Shown piece after piece: positions 1-8,512 of a stretch of DNA of 64,000 nucleotides; the first letter of the stretch is position 1; each line of letters opens with the position of its first letter. The notes under the pieces were generated by a model, which saw nothing but the letters and a program-made list of their open reading frames with translations, was not told the DNA's origin and searched no databases. Source of the DNA: Gammaproteobacteria bacterium (GTDB taxonomy: Bacteria > Pseudomonadota > Gammaproteobacteria > JACKNK01); assembly GCA_049604295.1 (NCBI GenBank), contig JBMYTL010000005.1:907-64906 (forward strand), written 5' to 3'. The position numbers were made by a program, and so were the translations under genes.

Positions 1-1878
1 TGGGATGAAACCAAGCGATTCAGTGGAACCTACCAGGACGCTGACGTGCGTACGGTTCTGCGTAACGTGCTCGCGCAACAGGGGATCGACGTCATCTTCC
101 GCGAAGGAGTCGAGGGCACGGTCACAGCCCGTTTCGATGAATGGTTGCTTGAGGCGGCGTTCCGAAAGCTGATGGAAGAGGGGGGGCTTGCGTTCACCTA
201 CGATTCCAGCACCCGCTTGGTTACAGTCTCCGCACGCAAGGAATCGATTTCTTCCCTTGAGCTTTACTCCCCGCAGAACGTTACCTTGGCGGAGATCCGG
301 TCGGCCCTGGATGACTACCGGATCGCGGGCGCGGACATCCATTACGACTACAGCACCGGCACCATGGTGATTCGCGGCGATGCCGCCGTGACCCAGCAGG
401 TCATCAAGGTTGCCAAGCATCTTGATGACAGCGTGTCCCTCAAGCTTGAGGCCAGCCTTCGCAAGCAAGAGCTCCAGCGGAAACGGCAGCTTGAGGAATT
501 GCAGATCGCCTCCATGGCGAAAGCGTACGAGCAAACCCAGCTCGAAACCGCGGTTATCCCGCTCCGCTATGCGAACGTGGCGGAGACCAAGACGACCTTC
601 CAGGGCGAGGAGGTCACTCTTCCCGGGATCGAGCAGACACTCAAAACCCTGCTCACCATCGATGAGAGCTTTGTAGCCGGGGGCTCGGCAACCGGCTCCG
701 GCGACGATGATAAGGGCGCCACTTCCAATGGGGGCACCACTGCCATCACCATCAACGGTCAGCCGGGTCGGATTGCCGTGGACGAGCGCACCAACTCCGT
801 GATCGTTCGCGGTACGCCGCAGGTGGTCGCTGATGTGGAGGCGATCGTCAAACGCCTGGACCGGCAGGTTCCGCTGGTGGATATCGAGGTGATGATCGTG
901 CAAGCCGATGCGGGATTGTCCCGCAGCCTGGGTGTGCAGTGGGCCTACGGTCGCGGATTCAGTGCGAACGGTCGTAAGAATTTCGGGGTGAGCACCGGCC
1001 CGAATGCCGGTCAGACCGTCCTTGATCTATCCGAAGAGGCGTCCCAGACCGCGGCCAGCCGTTCCAGTACCACGGTCGGAGTGGGTGGTTCCACCACGAC
1101 CAACACCACCGCTTCCGTAGACCCGATCACGCTGCTGCCGCTGGCCACCTTCGACAGTATTGTCGGGTCGTTCATCTACAACGGCAGTCGGGCCTTCATC
1201 CAGGCGCAGATCAACGCTCTGGCCGAACAGGATAAGGCTGAGATCATAAGTTCACCGCACGTCGTGACCTTGAACAACGTGCCCGCCAAAATCACCAGCA
1301 CCGACAAGCTGCACGTTCCGCTGCAGGGCAAGGAAGGTGGTGAGGCCGAGATTGAGCAGATCGACGCGGGCCTCTCCCTCGATATCACGCCTTCGGTCTT
1401 CGAAGACGATCTGGCCGGAGCCGAGCAGTTGGTCCGCATGAACATCAACGCGCGAAATTCTTCGTTTACCAGTCAGTTCCAGACGACTGAAAAAGAGATC
1501 CAGACCCAGGTGATCCTGCGTAACGGTGGGACCTTCGTGCTTGGTGGTCTTTTCGAAACCCGTCGTGCCGAGGGTGAGGATGGTGTGCCCGGGCTCAAGG
1601 ATATCCCGCTGCTTGGGGCTCTGTTCCGGACCCGCAGTTCCGTCGATAGCCGCGCGGAATCGGTGTTCTTCATCACTCCGACAGTGGTCAACCAGGAAGA
1701 CCTGATTGCCGCGGATGTGGGTGATCGCAAGTTTTTCCGCGAGAACCGCGCCCGCCTGGGTAAGAGTGCTCAGGAATTCATGCTGCGCCAGAACAATCGG
1801 CTGGCGCGAGATACAGAAGACCTACACCGCAAGAGCTACCTGATCGACCTGACGACGGGGCTGGAGGAGGACGAGTGA
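1..1878 (+). CDS. Secretin (outer-membrane ring), 5'-truncated by the window edge; N-domains resemble T3SS SctC
   Basis: Frame is open from base 1 (WDETKRFSG...). Secretin C-domain motifs: IISSPHVVTLNNVPAKI and GGLF...GVPGLKDIPLLGALFR. N3 segment IPLRYANVAETKTTFQGEEVTLPGIEQTLKTLL and RIAVDERTNSVIVRG. Confidence 0.93.
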   Translation, partial: WDETKRFSGTYQDADVRTVLRNVLAQQGIDVIFREGVEGTVTARFDEWLLEAAFRKLMEEGGLAFTYDSSTRLVTVSARKESISSLELYSPQNVTLAEIRSALDDYRIAGADIHYDYSTGTMVIRGDAAVTQQVIKVAKHLDDSVSLKLEASLRKQELQRKRQLEELQIASMAKAYEQTQLETAVIPLRYANVAETKTTFQGEEVTLPGIEQTLKTLLTIDESFVAGGSATGSGDDDKGATSNGGTTAITINGQPGRIAVDERTNSVIVRGTPQVVADVEAIVKRLDRQVPLVDIEVMIVQADAGLSRSLGVQWAYGRGFSANGRKNFGVSTGPNAGQTVLDLSEEASQTAASRSSTTVGVGGSTTTNTTASVDPITLLPLATFDSIVGSFIYNGSRAFIQAQINALAEQDKAEIISSPHVVTLNNVPAKITSTDKLHVPLQGKEGGEAEIEQIDAGLSLDITPSVFEDDLAGAEQLVRMNINARNSSFTSQFQTTEKEIQTQVILRNGGTFVLGGLFETRRAEGEDGVPGLKDIPLLGALFRTRSSVDSRAESVFFITPTVVNQEDLIAADVGDRKFFRENRARLGKSAQEFMLRQNNRLARDTEDLHRKSYLIDLTTGLEEDE

Positions 1879-1947
1879 CCCGGATGTCCATGACATGGCC
1901 GCTCGGCTGTGTGGGGCTGGCGACCTTCAGTCGAGGTGGCTGCTGAT

Positions 1948-2388
1948 ATGCGACCGCTCATCGCGCTCAATTGGGTCGGTGGTACTCTGCTCATCGGGGC
2001 CGCCGTGGTTTACCCGCTGATTGCGAAGACCGTGAATCAGGCCTCCGATGCGGTGGTCGCGGACACGGTTCGCAAGATCGCGGATGCCCAGAACGGTTCT
2101 TATCGCAGCTTCCAGCAGTATATCCTGTTCAGTGGTGAGCCCTCGGAGACCACCCGGGCGTTCAACCGTCTGGGGGTGACGTCATCAGTAGGTGATGATT
2201 ACCTCTACGAGTCGTTCATCGATGAAGAGGGTGCCCTGGTGATACGCGCCCGGGTCAATCCGCGCCGGGTAGTCAAGGATGGCGTGACGCCCAAGGTCTA
2301 CATCTACCGGTCGCGCGGCGAAAACCAGGTGCTGGAGAACGGTTGGAAGCAACTTTCCAAGAACTCCGGAAACCCCGGGTTTTTCTGA
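1948..2388 (+). CDS. Pilin-like membrane-anchored protein lacking a class III cleavage motif
   Basis: ATG at 1948 after GAGGTGG. N-terminal hydrophobic helix followed by a pilin-like alpha1-C stretch (VRKIADAQNGSYRSFQQY). No G|FxxxE motif. Confidence 0.6.
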   Translation: MRPLIALNWVGGTLLIGAAVVYPLIAKTVNQASDAVVADTVRKIADAQNGSYRSFQQYILFSGEPSETTRAFNRLGVTSSVGDDYLYESFIDEEGALVIRARVNPRRVVKDGVTPKVYIYRSRGENQVLENGWKQLSKNSGNPGFF

Positions 2389-3122
2389 TGGCAGTTTGGT
2401 CGCGGACCGCTGGATGCCCCGGACGGAGCGGGGTATCACGTCGTTGCCACTCCCAAGGTGCCTTGCTGTTTCTCTTCGCGGCGGGTTTGCTTGGCGGGTG
2501 CCAGGAGTACAAACCCGACGAGCAGGCACCTGAGCCGGTCGAGCCGAAGGTCCAAGAGGTTGATCCAGCAACGGAAGATCTGGTCCTTGAGCCGCAATGG
2601 TTGAAAGGGGATCGTTGGGTCTGGTCCGATGGATATGGACTCAAGGTCGACAGCAGCGGTCCGGATGGAACCGTTTTCAAGCGGATCGACGACGACAAAC
2701 AATGGTTGAAGCGGCGCGGACTGACGGTGATTGAATCGCAATCCGCGCGCACTCACCGGAAGCTGCTATATAAAACAGGTGACCCAGCGGATATTTTTCC
2801 GCTTAAAATAGGCAACACAGCCGTCTACGAGCGGGAGTACTCCTCGAACGGGGTGCTCCGGGTGCATCGCACGTCGTGGGTGGTCGAGGGGCGGGAAACC
2901 ATCGAAGTGCCCGCGGGTACCTTCGATACATGGCGTCTGGTGCGGCGTTCACGCAGCACGCTCACCGGATGGACAGGTTATGAGCGGTGGTGGTACAGCC
3001 CCGACGTAAGAAACTACGTACGGATGGAGTTTCGTTACGGAGGCGCCCCGGCATCCTCTCGCGTTTTAATGGCTTACACGCTCGCTCCGCGAGTCCAATT
3101 GAATACGGAGTCCCCACGATGA
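2388..3122 (+). CDS. Lipoprotein with a VPAGTF beta-rich domain, pilotin candidate
   Basis: Lipobox LLGG|C and TIEVPAGTFDTWRL motif. Overlaps the stop of the upstream gene and the start of the downstream pilin. Start codon uncertain. Confidence 0.7.
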   Translation: MAVWSRTAGCPGRSGVSRRCHSQGALLFLFAAGLLGGCQEYKPDEQAPEPVEPKVQEVDPATEDLVLEPQWLKGDRWVWSDGYGLKVDSSGPDGTVFKRIDDDKQWLKRRGLTVIESQSARTHRKLLYKTGDPADIFPLKIGNTAVYEREYSSNGVLRVHRTSWVVEGRETIEVPAGTFDTWRLVRRSRSTLTGWTGYERWWYSPDVRNYVRMEFRYGGAPASSRVLMAYTLAPRVQLNTESPR

Positions 3123-3694
3123 ACACCTCTTCCCATATGCGCCGTGCCGCACGGGGTTTCACGCTTATCGAGATCATGGTCGTGGTGGCCGTGATCGGCA
3201 TCCTCGCCGCCATCGGCCTTCCGCAGCTCGGTGCCTACATCAAGACGGCGGAAACCGCCGAGCCTGTCGAACAGTTCGAGCGTATCGGTAAGGCGCTCAC
3301 CGGCTTCGCCAGTGCTCAGACCCAGTCTGTCCCCGACCTGGCCGCGATCATCAACGCCCAGGCCAGTATCCTGCACCCGACCCCTGCGACCGACACCATG
3401 AGCGACATCCTGCCGCACCTGAAATTGCCGGAGGACGGCGAATGGCGCTACGACATCGCAGTGGATGAAACCGCGGGTCTGACTTCGTTCCGGTACTGCA
3501 TCAGTGCTCAGCACATCACTGATGGCACCTACGTGTACTTCAGTAGCGATCGGGTCGATCTTGACGCGGGTGACGCCAATACCCTGACCTGGGAAAACAA
3601 CGTCAACCGCTCCAACCACGTGAACGAAAACACCGGTACGGTGACTGCGGGTGCGTGCTCGGGTACCGCCGGTACGGTGCTGGCCATCAACTAA
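3119..3694 (+). CDS. Type IV pilin, probable major pilin
   Basis: Class III signal RRAARG|FTLIEIMVVVAVIGILAAIGLP, two C-terminal Cys, followed by its own terminator. Confidence 0.92.
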   Translation: MNTSSHMRRAARGFTLIEIMVVVAVIGILAAIGLPQLGAYIKTAETAEPVEQFERIGKALTGFASAQTQSVPDLAAIINAQASILHPTPATDTMSDILPHLKLPEDGEWRYDIAVDETAGLTSFRYCISAQHITDGTYVYFSSDRVDLDAGDANTLTWENNVNRSNHVNENTGTVTAGACSGTAGTVLAIN

Positions 3695-3750
3695 ACGGCG
3701 ATTTGAAGATCGAACGTCCCAGCCAGTTGACGACCAACGCCCCAAACAAG

Positions 3751-3777
3751 ACGCCCTCCCCGTGAGGGCGTTTTTTT
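3751..3777 (+). terminator. Rho-independent terminator after the pilin
   Basis: ACGCCCTC-CCCGT-GAGGGCGT stem-loop followed by a T run. Confidence 0.85.
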
Positions 3778-4082
3778 GGCAAGGGAGTCAGGTTGTTGGG
3801 AGCGGCCCGCTCAAGGCTTTGGCTCGGGTGCAGATGATGGGCTGCTTGTTTGCCGGTTGCCCGGTGTGCCGGCCGCTCACAAATTTCCGCTTGTTGATAG
3901 GCCAGGGTTCCTGAGGTTGACCCTTAACCCGGTTTCAGGTCATGGCGGCGGCGTGGCCACAAGTATCCAATGGGCCTATGTATCCCCGGCGTCTCGCGGG
4001 GTACACAAGGGGGCGATGGGCCAAGCGCCCGAACCTTTCTTGAGCGGGTCCGGCCATTACAAACAATAGTGATTAGGCACCG

Positions 4083-5744
4083 ATGAACGTGGCGGGAAAT
4101 CGTTATACCGAATGGAAGTTTCTGGGCCTGGGTGGCACGGCTGCCGTTTACAGTGTCTTGGACAGTGAGCTTGATGAGCGTGTCGCTATCAAGGTGCTCG
4201 ATCCCAAACTTCTGGAAGCGAACCCGTCGCTGCGTGTCATGCTCCGGCAGGAAGTGCTTTCCTCGCGCCACCTGCGGCACACGTACATCGTCGCGGTGCA
4301 CGATTTCTACGATGGTCCAGTACCACCGTTTCCTACCGAGGCCACCAAGCCCAAGACCCTCGACGACGTTCAGGTCGATCCGAGCTCAAGGGGGTTCGGT
4401 GCGGTCATGGACATCATCCCGGGAGTGGTTGAGCTAAAGGACTGGATGGAGGACAACGCGAATGCGTTGTTCAACACATCCAAGGCGCGTTTGTCAGTAC
4501 TGATCAAGATTTTCGAGGCGTTGGAAATCGCCCATGCCCGTGTTGTCCACCGGGATCTCAAGCCGCAAAACATCATGCTGGTCAAAGGCGATATCGATCA
4601 GCCGGTAATCATGGATTTCGGTCTTGCCATGACCGGGGAAGACAACGGCCCGGCCGGACTTACCATCAAGTACGCATCTCCCGAGCAATTCCGCCACTGG
4701 GCCTCGGGTGGGGCGGCATCGGGCATCCGTATCGACAAGCGGTCGGATCTGTTCACCATGGGTGTGATCGCCTTCGAGTTGTTCACCAACCAGATTCCTC
4801 GTCAGGCCATGAAATTCCGTGCCGATCGACGAACGGGCGACATCCGTCCGGTCTTCGATGCGGTCAAGGCGAGCTCCTACAATGCGGCCGTCCCTGCATC
4901 CTTGGATGGGGTCATCGATTCCCTGTTGGCGGACGATCCGGATATGCGGCCTCAGAGCGCCAGTGAAGTCCTTGAGGTGCTCCGTGAGGTACAGCTCATT
5001 GATGAGGTGGCTACCGAAGCGGGTACGGCGGCGGCGCCCCGGGTCACCGTTCCAGGTGGGAAGTTCATTCTGGGTTCGAGTCCGTCGGAAAGCAGTAATC
5101 CCACGGAGAAACCACAGCGCCGCGTGGTCATCGAGGCTTTCGATGTGGACGTTACCCCCGTAACCAATGCGGCCTACCGGGAGTTTCTCACCAGTACCGG
5201 TTGGGAGGTTCCACCGTTCATGGATGATCCGGTCCTGGGTGCGGCGGATCATCCGGTCGTGGGGGTAACCTGGGAGGACGCCAATCGCTACGCTGAGTGG
5301 GTTGGCGGACGTCTGCCTACCGAGGCGCAGTGGGAATATGCCGCGAAGGGCGGTGAAAAACGGGCCTATCCCTGGGGCGCTGAGCCGTGGGACGCGAACC
5401 GGGCCAATATTGATCGCGCCAGTTCAGGGACCACGCCGGTCGGGCGGTTTCCGCGCGGGAACTCCCCGTTTGACCTGGCGGACATGACCGGGAACGTATG
5501 GGAGTGGTGCCAAGACGCATGGTCCGAGGGCTATTACCGTAGCCTTTCCAACGGCGTTGAAGATCCCGTATGTGAGACGGGAGACGGGCCGGATCGCTCT
5601 GTCAGAGGGGGGGCCTACAACACACCTGCTCTGATGGGCCGTTGTTCCGCGCGTTTTCATTTTGAACCTGGGGTTCGCAATCCCTCGGTGGGGTTCCGAG
5701 TGGTATACGATGCCGCCGGTGATTCCGCGGGAGGTCATGAGTAA
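4083..5744 (+). CDS. Hanks-type Ser/Thr kinase fused to a C-terminal FGE-sulfatase (SUMF1) domain
   Basis: Kinase motifs LGLGGTAAVY, VAIKVL, HRDLKPQN, DFGLA, YASPEQ, SDLF. FGE motifs RLPTEAQWEYAAKGG, DMTGNVWEWCQD, RGGAY, GFRVV. Confidence 0.93.
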   Translation: MNVAGNRYTEWKFLGLGGTAAVYSVLDSELDERVAIKVLDPKLLEANPSLRVMLRQEVLSSRHLRHTYIVAVHDFYDGPVPPFPTEATKPKTLDDVQVDPSSRGFGAVMDIIPGVVELKDWMEDNANALFNTSKARLSVLIKIFEALEIAHARVVHRDLKPQNIMLVKGDIDQPVIMDFGLAMTGEDNGPAGLTIKYASPEQFRHWASGGAASGIRIDKRSDLFTMGVIAFELFTNQIPRQAMKFRADRRTGDIRPVFDAVKASSYNAAVPASLDGVIDSLLADDPDMRPQSASEVLEVLREVQLIDEVATEAGTAAAPRVTVPGGKFILGSSPSESSNPTEKPQRRVVIEAFDVDVTPVTNAAYREFLTSTGWEVPPFMDDPVLGAADHPVVGVTWEDANRYAEWVGGRLPTEAQWEYAAKGGEKRAYPWGAEPWDANRANIDRASSGTTPVGRFPRGNSPFDLADMTGNVWEWCQDAWSEGYYRSLSNGVEDPVCETGDGPDRSVRGGAYNTPALMGRCSARFHFEPGVRNPSVGFRVVYDAAGDSAGGHE

Positions 5745-8512
5745 TGCCTGAAGCCTTTAACCGCCCGGAGCTTCGTGACAAGAGCATCGAGCTATTCATC
5801 CACTACCCAGATGGCCGGTTTGAGCGGTTCATCGCGGCAGGCGGTGGTGGGGAGTTGATGATCGGTCGTATGCATGAAACCAGCTTGACGCCGACCCGGC
5901 TGAATCTGGATGACCGCTACCTTTCGCGAAAGCACTGTCGGCTCTTCTGGGACGACGAAAAAGGCTGGATGTTGGAAGATCTCAACAGCCGCAACGGTAC
6001 ACGTTGGTCTGGTGAATCCATTGTGGAACCGGTCCCCGTTCAGGGAGGGATCTCGGTGCAGATCGGTATGACCGCATTACGCATCGTTCCGGGGTCGGAC
6101 GAAAAACCCACGTACTCGACCGCGGCGGCAAAGGGCAGCAACGAGCATGGAGATATGACGGAAATCGCGAGCGCAGATCAACTCAAGGCCAAGGCGGCCG
6201 AGGATTTTCAATCGACCCAGATGTTCAGCGCCCCGCTCGCCGCGGCGGCGTCATCGGGAGACAGTGACGAGACCGTGGTTGGGGGAGCGGCCGCGGATGA
6301 TGCCACGTTGGTCGAGGACGCGGGTATCGATGAGGACGCCACAGCCGTGCAGGCTGCACGAGCAGGGACGGGACCCGACACGGGGGTGGATCTGGATTTC
6401 GGTGAGGAGGACGCGACCGAGGTCGGTGATGGTGGGCTGCCGGAAGCGACCGCCAAGGGCGCGCCATTCGTACCCAACGACGATGTAACTGACGTTGGCG
6501 CGGCCGAGGGCGTGGCCCCTTCCGAGCCCGATGCGGATGCAACGGTTGTCAGTGAAGCGGACGATGTTGATGCGACCGCCGTCAGTGGATCTGAAGACCT
6601 CGATGCAACAACGGTCTCCGGTGGAGACGATGATGAGGCCACTGAGGTGGCTGGCGCTGACCAGGACGGGGTGACCGCTGTCGGGATTGATGTCGAGCCC
6701 GTGGCGTCCGGGAGTACCTCGGGGCGGGCCGCGCGGACAGCCAGTGCGGAACCGTCCGGTTCTACCCAGGGGCCGCCCCCCGGTATCACCGTCGATGACC
6801 TGCCGGACCTGCCGCGCGGCATGGTCAAGTTGGGACTCATGAATCTGTCCGACGCCTCGGCCATGCTGGCGGAGGCCCGCTCCACCTCGGGAACGTTCTT
6901 CCGACTCATGGCTGACAAGCGTTCGGCCCGTCACATCCACCGGATTTACGAGTGGGTCGAGGAGGAATACGGGTACAAGGTCCTGTCCGATACCGACGAG
7001 GTCTATTCGCACGTGGCGACGCTCGATTGGCTACCCGTGGAGCGCGCCCGTTCCAAGGGCTGTCTGGTTCTTGAGGGAGACGATGGGGCCCGGCCCCGGT
7101 TGGCGTGCATCGATCCCTTCGATCTGCGTCTGCTCGACTGGGTCCAACTCCAGGACGACCGTGATTTCGAGGTTTGTGTGGTCACCGCCCAGGCCTTGTA
7201 CGAGACCGTGGAGCGCATCAGCCATACCGCAATGACTGATGACGACGACGAGGTCGGTCTCGCCATCAATATCTCCAAGGAAGAGGAGGAGACGATGGCG
7301 GAGCAGATCACCGAGATCGAGGTTCCCAAGATCGTGAACTTCGTCCTGCACCGCGCATCAATCGCCGGTGCCTCGGATATCCATATCGAACCCACGGAGG
7401 AACGTCTGCTCGTACGTTTGCGCGTGAACGGCATCCTTTACGAGGAACGCTCTCTGCCCCGTGGCTACATCCCTGAAGTGACGTCACGCCTGAAGATCAT
7501 GTCCGGCATGAACGTGGCGGAAAAACGTCGTCCCCAGGATGGTCGCATAGGTGTCGCGATCCGCGGCAAGCCTATTGACGTGCGCGTCTCGACCTATCCC
7601 ACGGTGCATGGGGAGAAGGTCGTTATGCGTCTATTGGACAAGTCCGCGTTGCGGCCATCACCCGAGGCGCTCGGTCTGCTCGATCGTGATCTGAGGCTGC
7701 TCAAGGACAAACTGCACGCACCGTACGGCCTCATCATGATTTCCGGGCCGACCGGTTCGGGTAAGACAACCACGCTCTATTCCTGCCTGGGCAGTATCGA
7801 CAAGCAGTCCAAGAATGTTCTGACCGTCGAGGACCCGGTCGAATACCAGATGGGGGGCGTGCACCAGATGCAGGTCAACCAGAAAATCGGGCTCACGTTC
7901 GCAAGCGGTCTACGTACGATCCTGCGCCAGGACCCCGACGTCATCATGGTGGGTGAGTGCCGTGACTCCGAGACCGGCGGTATGGCGATTCAGGCATCCC
8001 TTACCGGTCACGTGGTGTTCTCCACGATTCATACCAACGATGCCGTGGGCGTGGTCTCACGCCTGATCGACATGGGTATCGAGCGCTTCCTTGTGGCCAG
8101 TGCCCTGACCTTGGCCATCGCGCAGCGTTTGGTGCGTGAGATATGTCCCCATTGTCGGGCGGAAGTGACCGGCCAGGAAATCATCGACAAACTGGCGAAG
8201 GATGGGATCTCACGTGAACGTCTGGATCAGCTCGGCGTGGATATCGATGACGAAATGGAGTACGCCGAGGGCAAAGGCTGCAAGCACTGTCGGCAGACCG
8301 GGTACGGCGGACGCCGCGCGGTGTTCGAGGTGTTCGAGATCGACGAGTCCGTGCGCAGCCTGATCGCTTCCGATGAGTTCACCGATGCGCGGCTGAGGGA
8401 ACTGGCTCGTAACAGCGGTATGACCACCCTGCTCAGCCATGGCTTGAAGCTGGTCGATGACGAGGTCACCACCTTCGCCGAGGTGATCCGGGTGCTCGGG
8501 GAGACCACCTGA
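5744..8512 (+). CDS. PilB/GspE-family assembly ATPase with N-terminal FHA domain and acidic Thr-repeat linker
   Basis: FHA motifs IGR, LSRKH, SRNGT. ATPase motifs ASDIHIEP, GPTGSGKT, TVEDPVE, LRQDPDVIMVGE, STIHTND and the CPHC...CKHC zinc motif. Confidence 0.95.
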   Translation: MPEAFNRPELRDKSIELFIHYPDGRFERFIAAGGGGELMIGRMHETSLTPTRLNLDDRYLSRKHCRLFWDDEKGWMLEDLNSRNGTRWSGESIVEPVPVQGGISVQIGMTALRIVPGSDEKPTYSTAAAKGSNEHGDMTEIASADQLKAKAAEDFQSTQMFSAPLAAAASSGDSDETVVGGAAADDATLVEDAGIDEDATAVQAARAGTGPDTGVDLDFGEEDATEVGDGGLPEATAKGAPFVPNDDVTDVGAAEGVAPSEPDADATVVSEADDVDATAVSGSEDLDATTVSGGDDDEATEVAGADQDGVTAVGIDVEPVASGSTSGRAARTASAEPSGSTQGPPPGITVDDLPDLPRGMVKLGLMNLSDASAMLAEARSTSGTFFRLMADKRSARHIHRIYEWVEEEYGYKVLSDTDEVYSHVATLDWLPVERARSKGCLVLEGDDGARPRLACIDPFDLRLLDWVQLQDDRDFEVCVVTAQALYETVERISHTAMTDDDDEVGLAINISKEEEETMAEQITEIEVPKIVNFVLHRASIAGASDIHIEPTEERLLVRLRVNGILYEERSLPRGYIPEVTSRLKIMSGMNVAEKRRPQDGRIGVAIRGKPIDVRVSTYPTVHGEKVVMRLLDKSALRPSPEALGLLDRDLRLLKDKLHAPYGLIMISGPTGSGKTTTLYSCLGSIDKQSKNVLTVEDPVEYQMGGVHQMQVNQKIGLTFASGLRTILRQDPDVIMVGECRDSETGGMAIQASLTGHVVFSTIHTNDAVGVVSRLIDMGIERFLVASALTLAIAQRLVREICPHCRAEVTGQEIIDKLAKDGISRERLDQLGVDIDDEMEYAEGKGCKHCRQTGYGGRRAVFEVFEIDESVRSLIASDEFTDARLRELARNSGMTTLLSHGLKLVDDEVTTFAEVIRVLGETT
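6266..6682 (+). repeat. Intragenic peptide repeat: about ten D/E-x-T-x-V units, five at an exact 11-aa period
   Basis: DETVV, DATLV, DATAV, DATEV, DVTDV, then DATVV, DATAV, DATTV, EATEV, GVTAV with the Thr residues 11 aa apart. Confidence 0.85.

Noticed and set aside
3119-3694. Conductive e-pilin, given the neighbouring cytochromes
   Set aside because: It is a full-length pilin of about 180 aa with only about a dozen F/W/Y residues and a long aromatic-free stretch, unlike short aromatic-dense Geobacter-type pilins.
3778-4082. Riboswitch or small gene between the pilin terminator and the kinase
   Set aside because: No recognisable c-di-GMP or other riboswitch consensus, and the short ORFs lack an RBS or motifs; probably a promoter region.
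5040-5744. Diversity-generating retroelement target (FGE-type C-lectin fold)
   Set aside because: No reverse transcriptase and no template-repeat copy of the 3' end are visible in the window.
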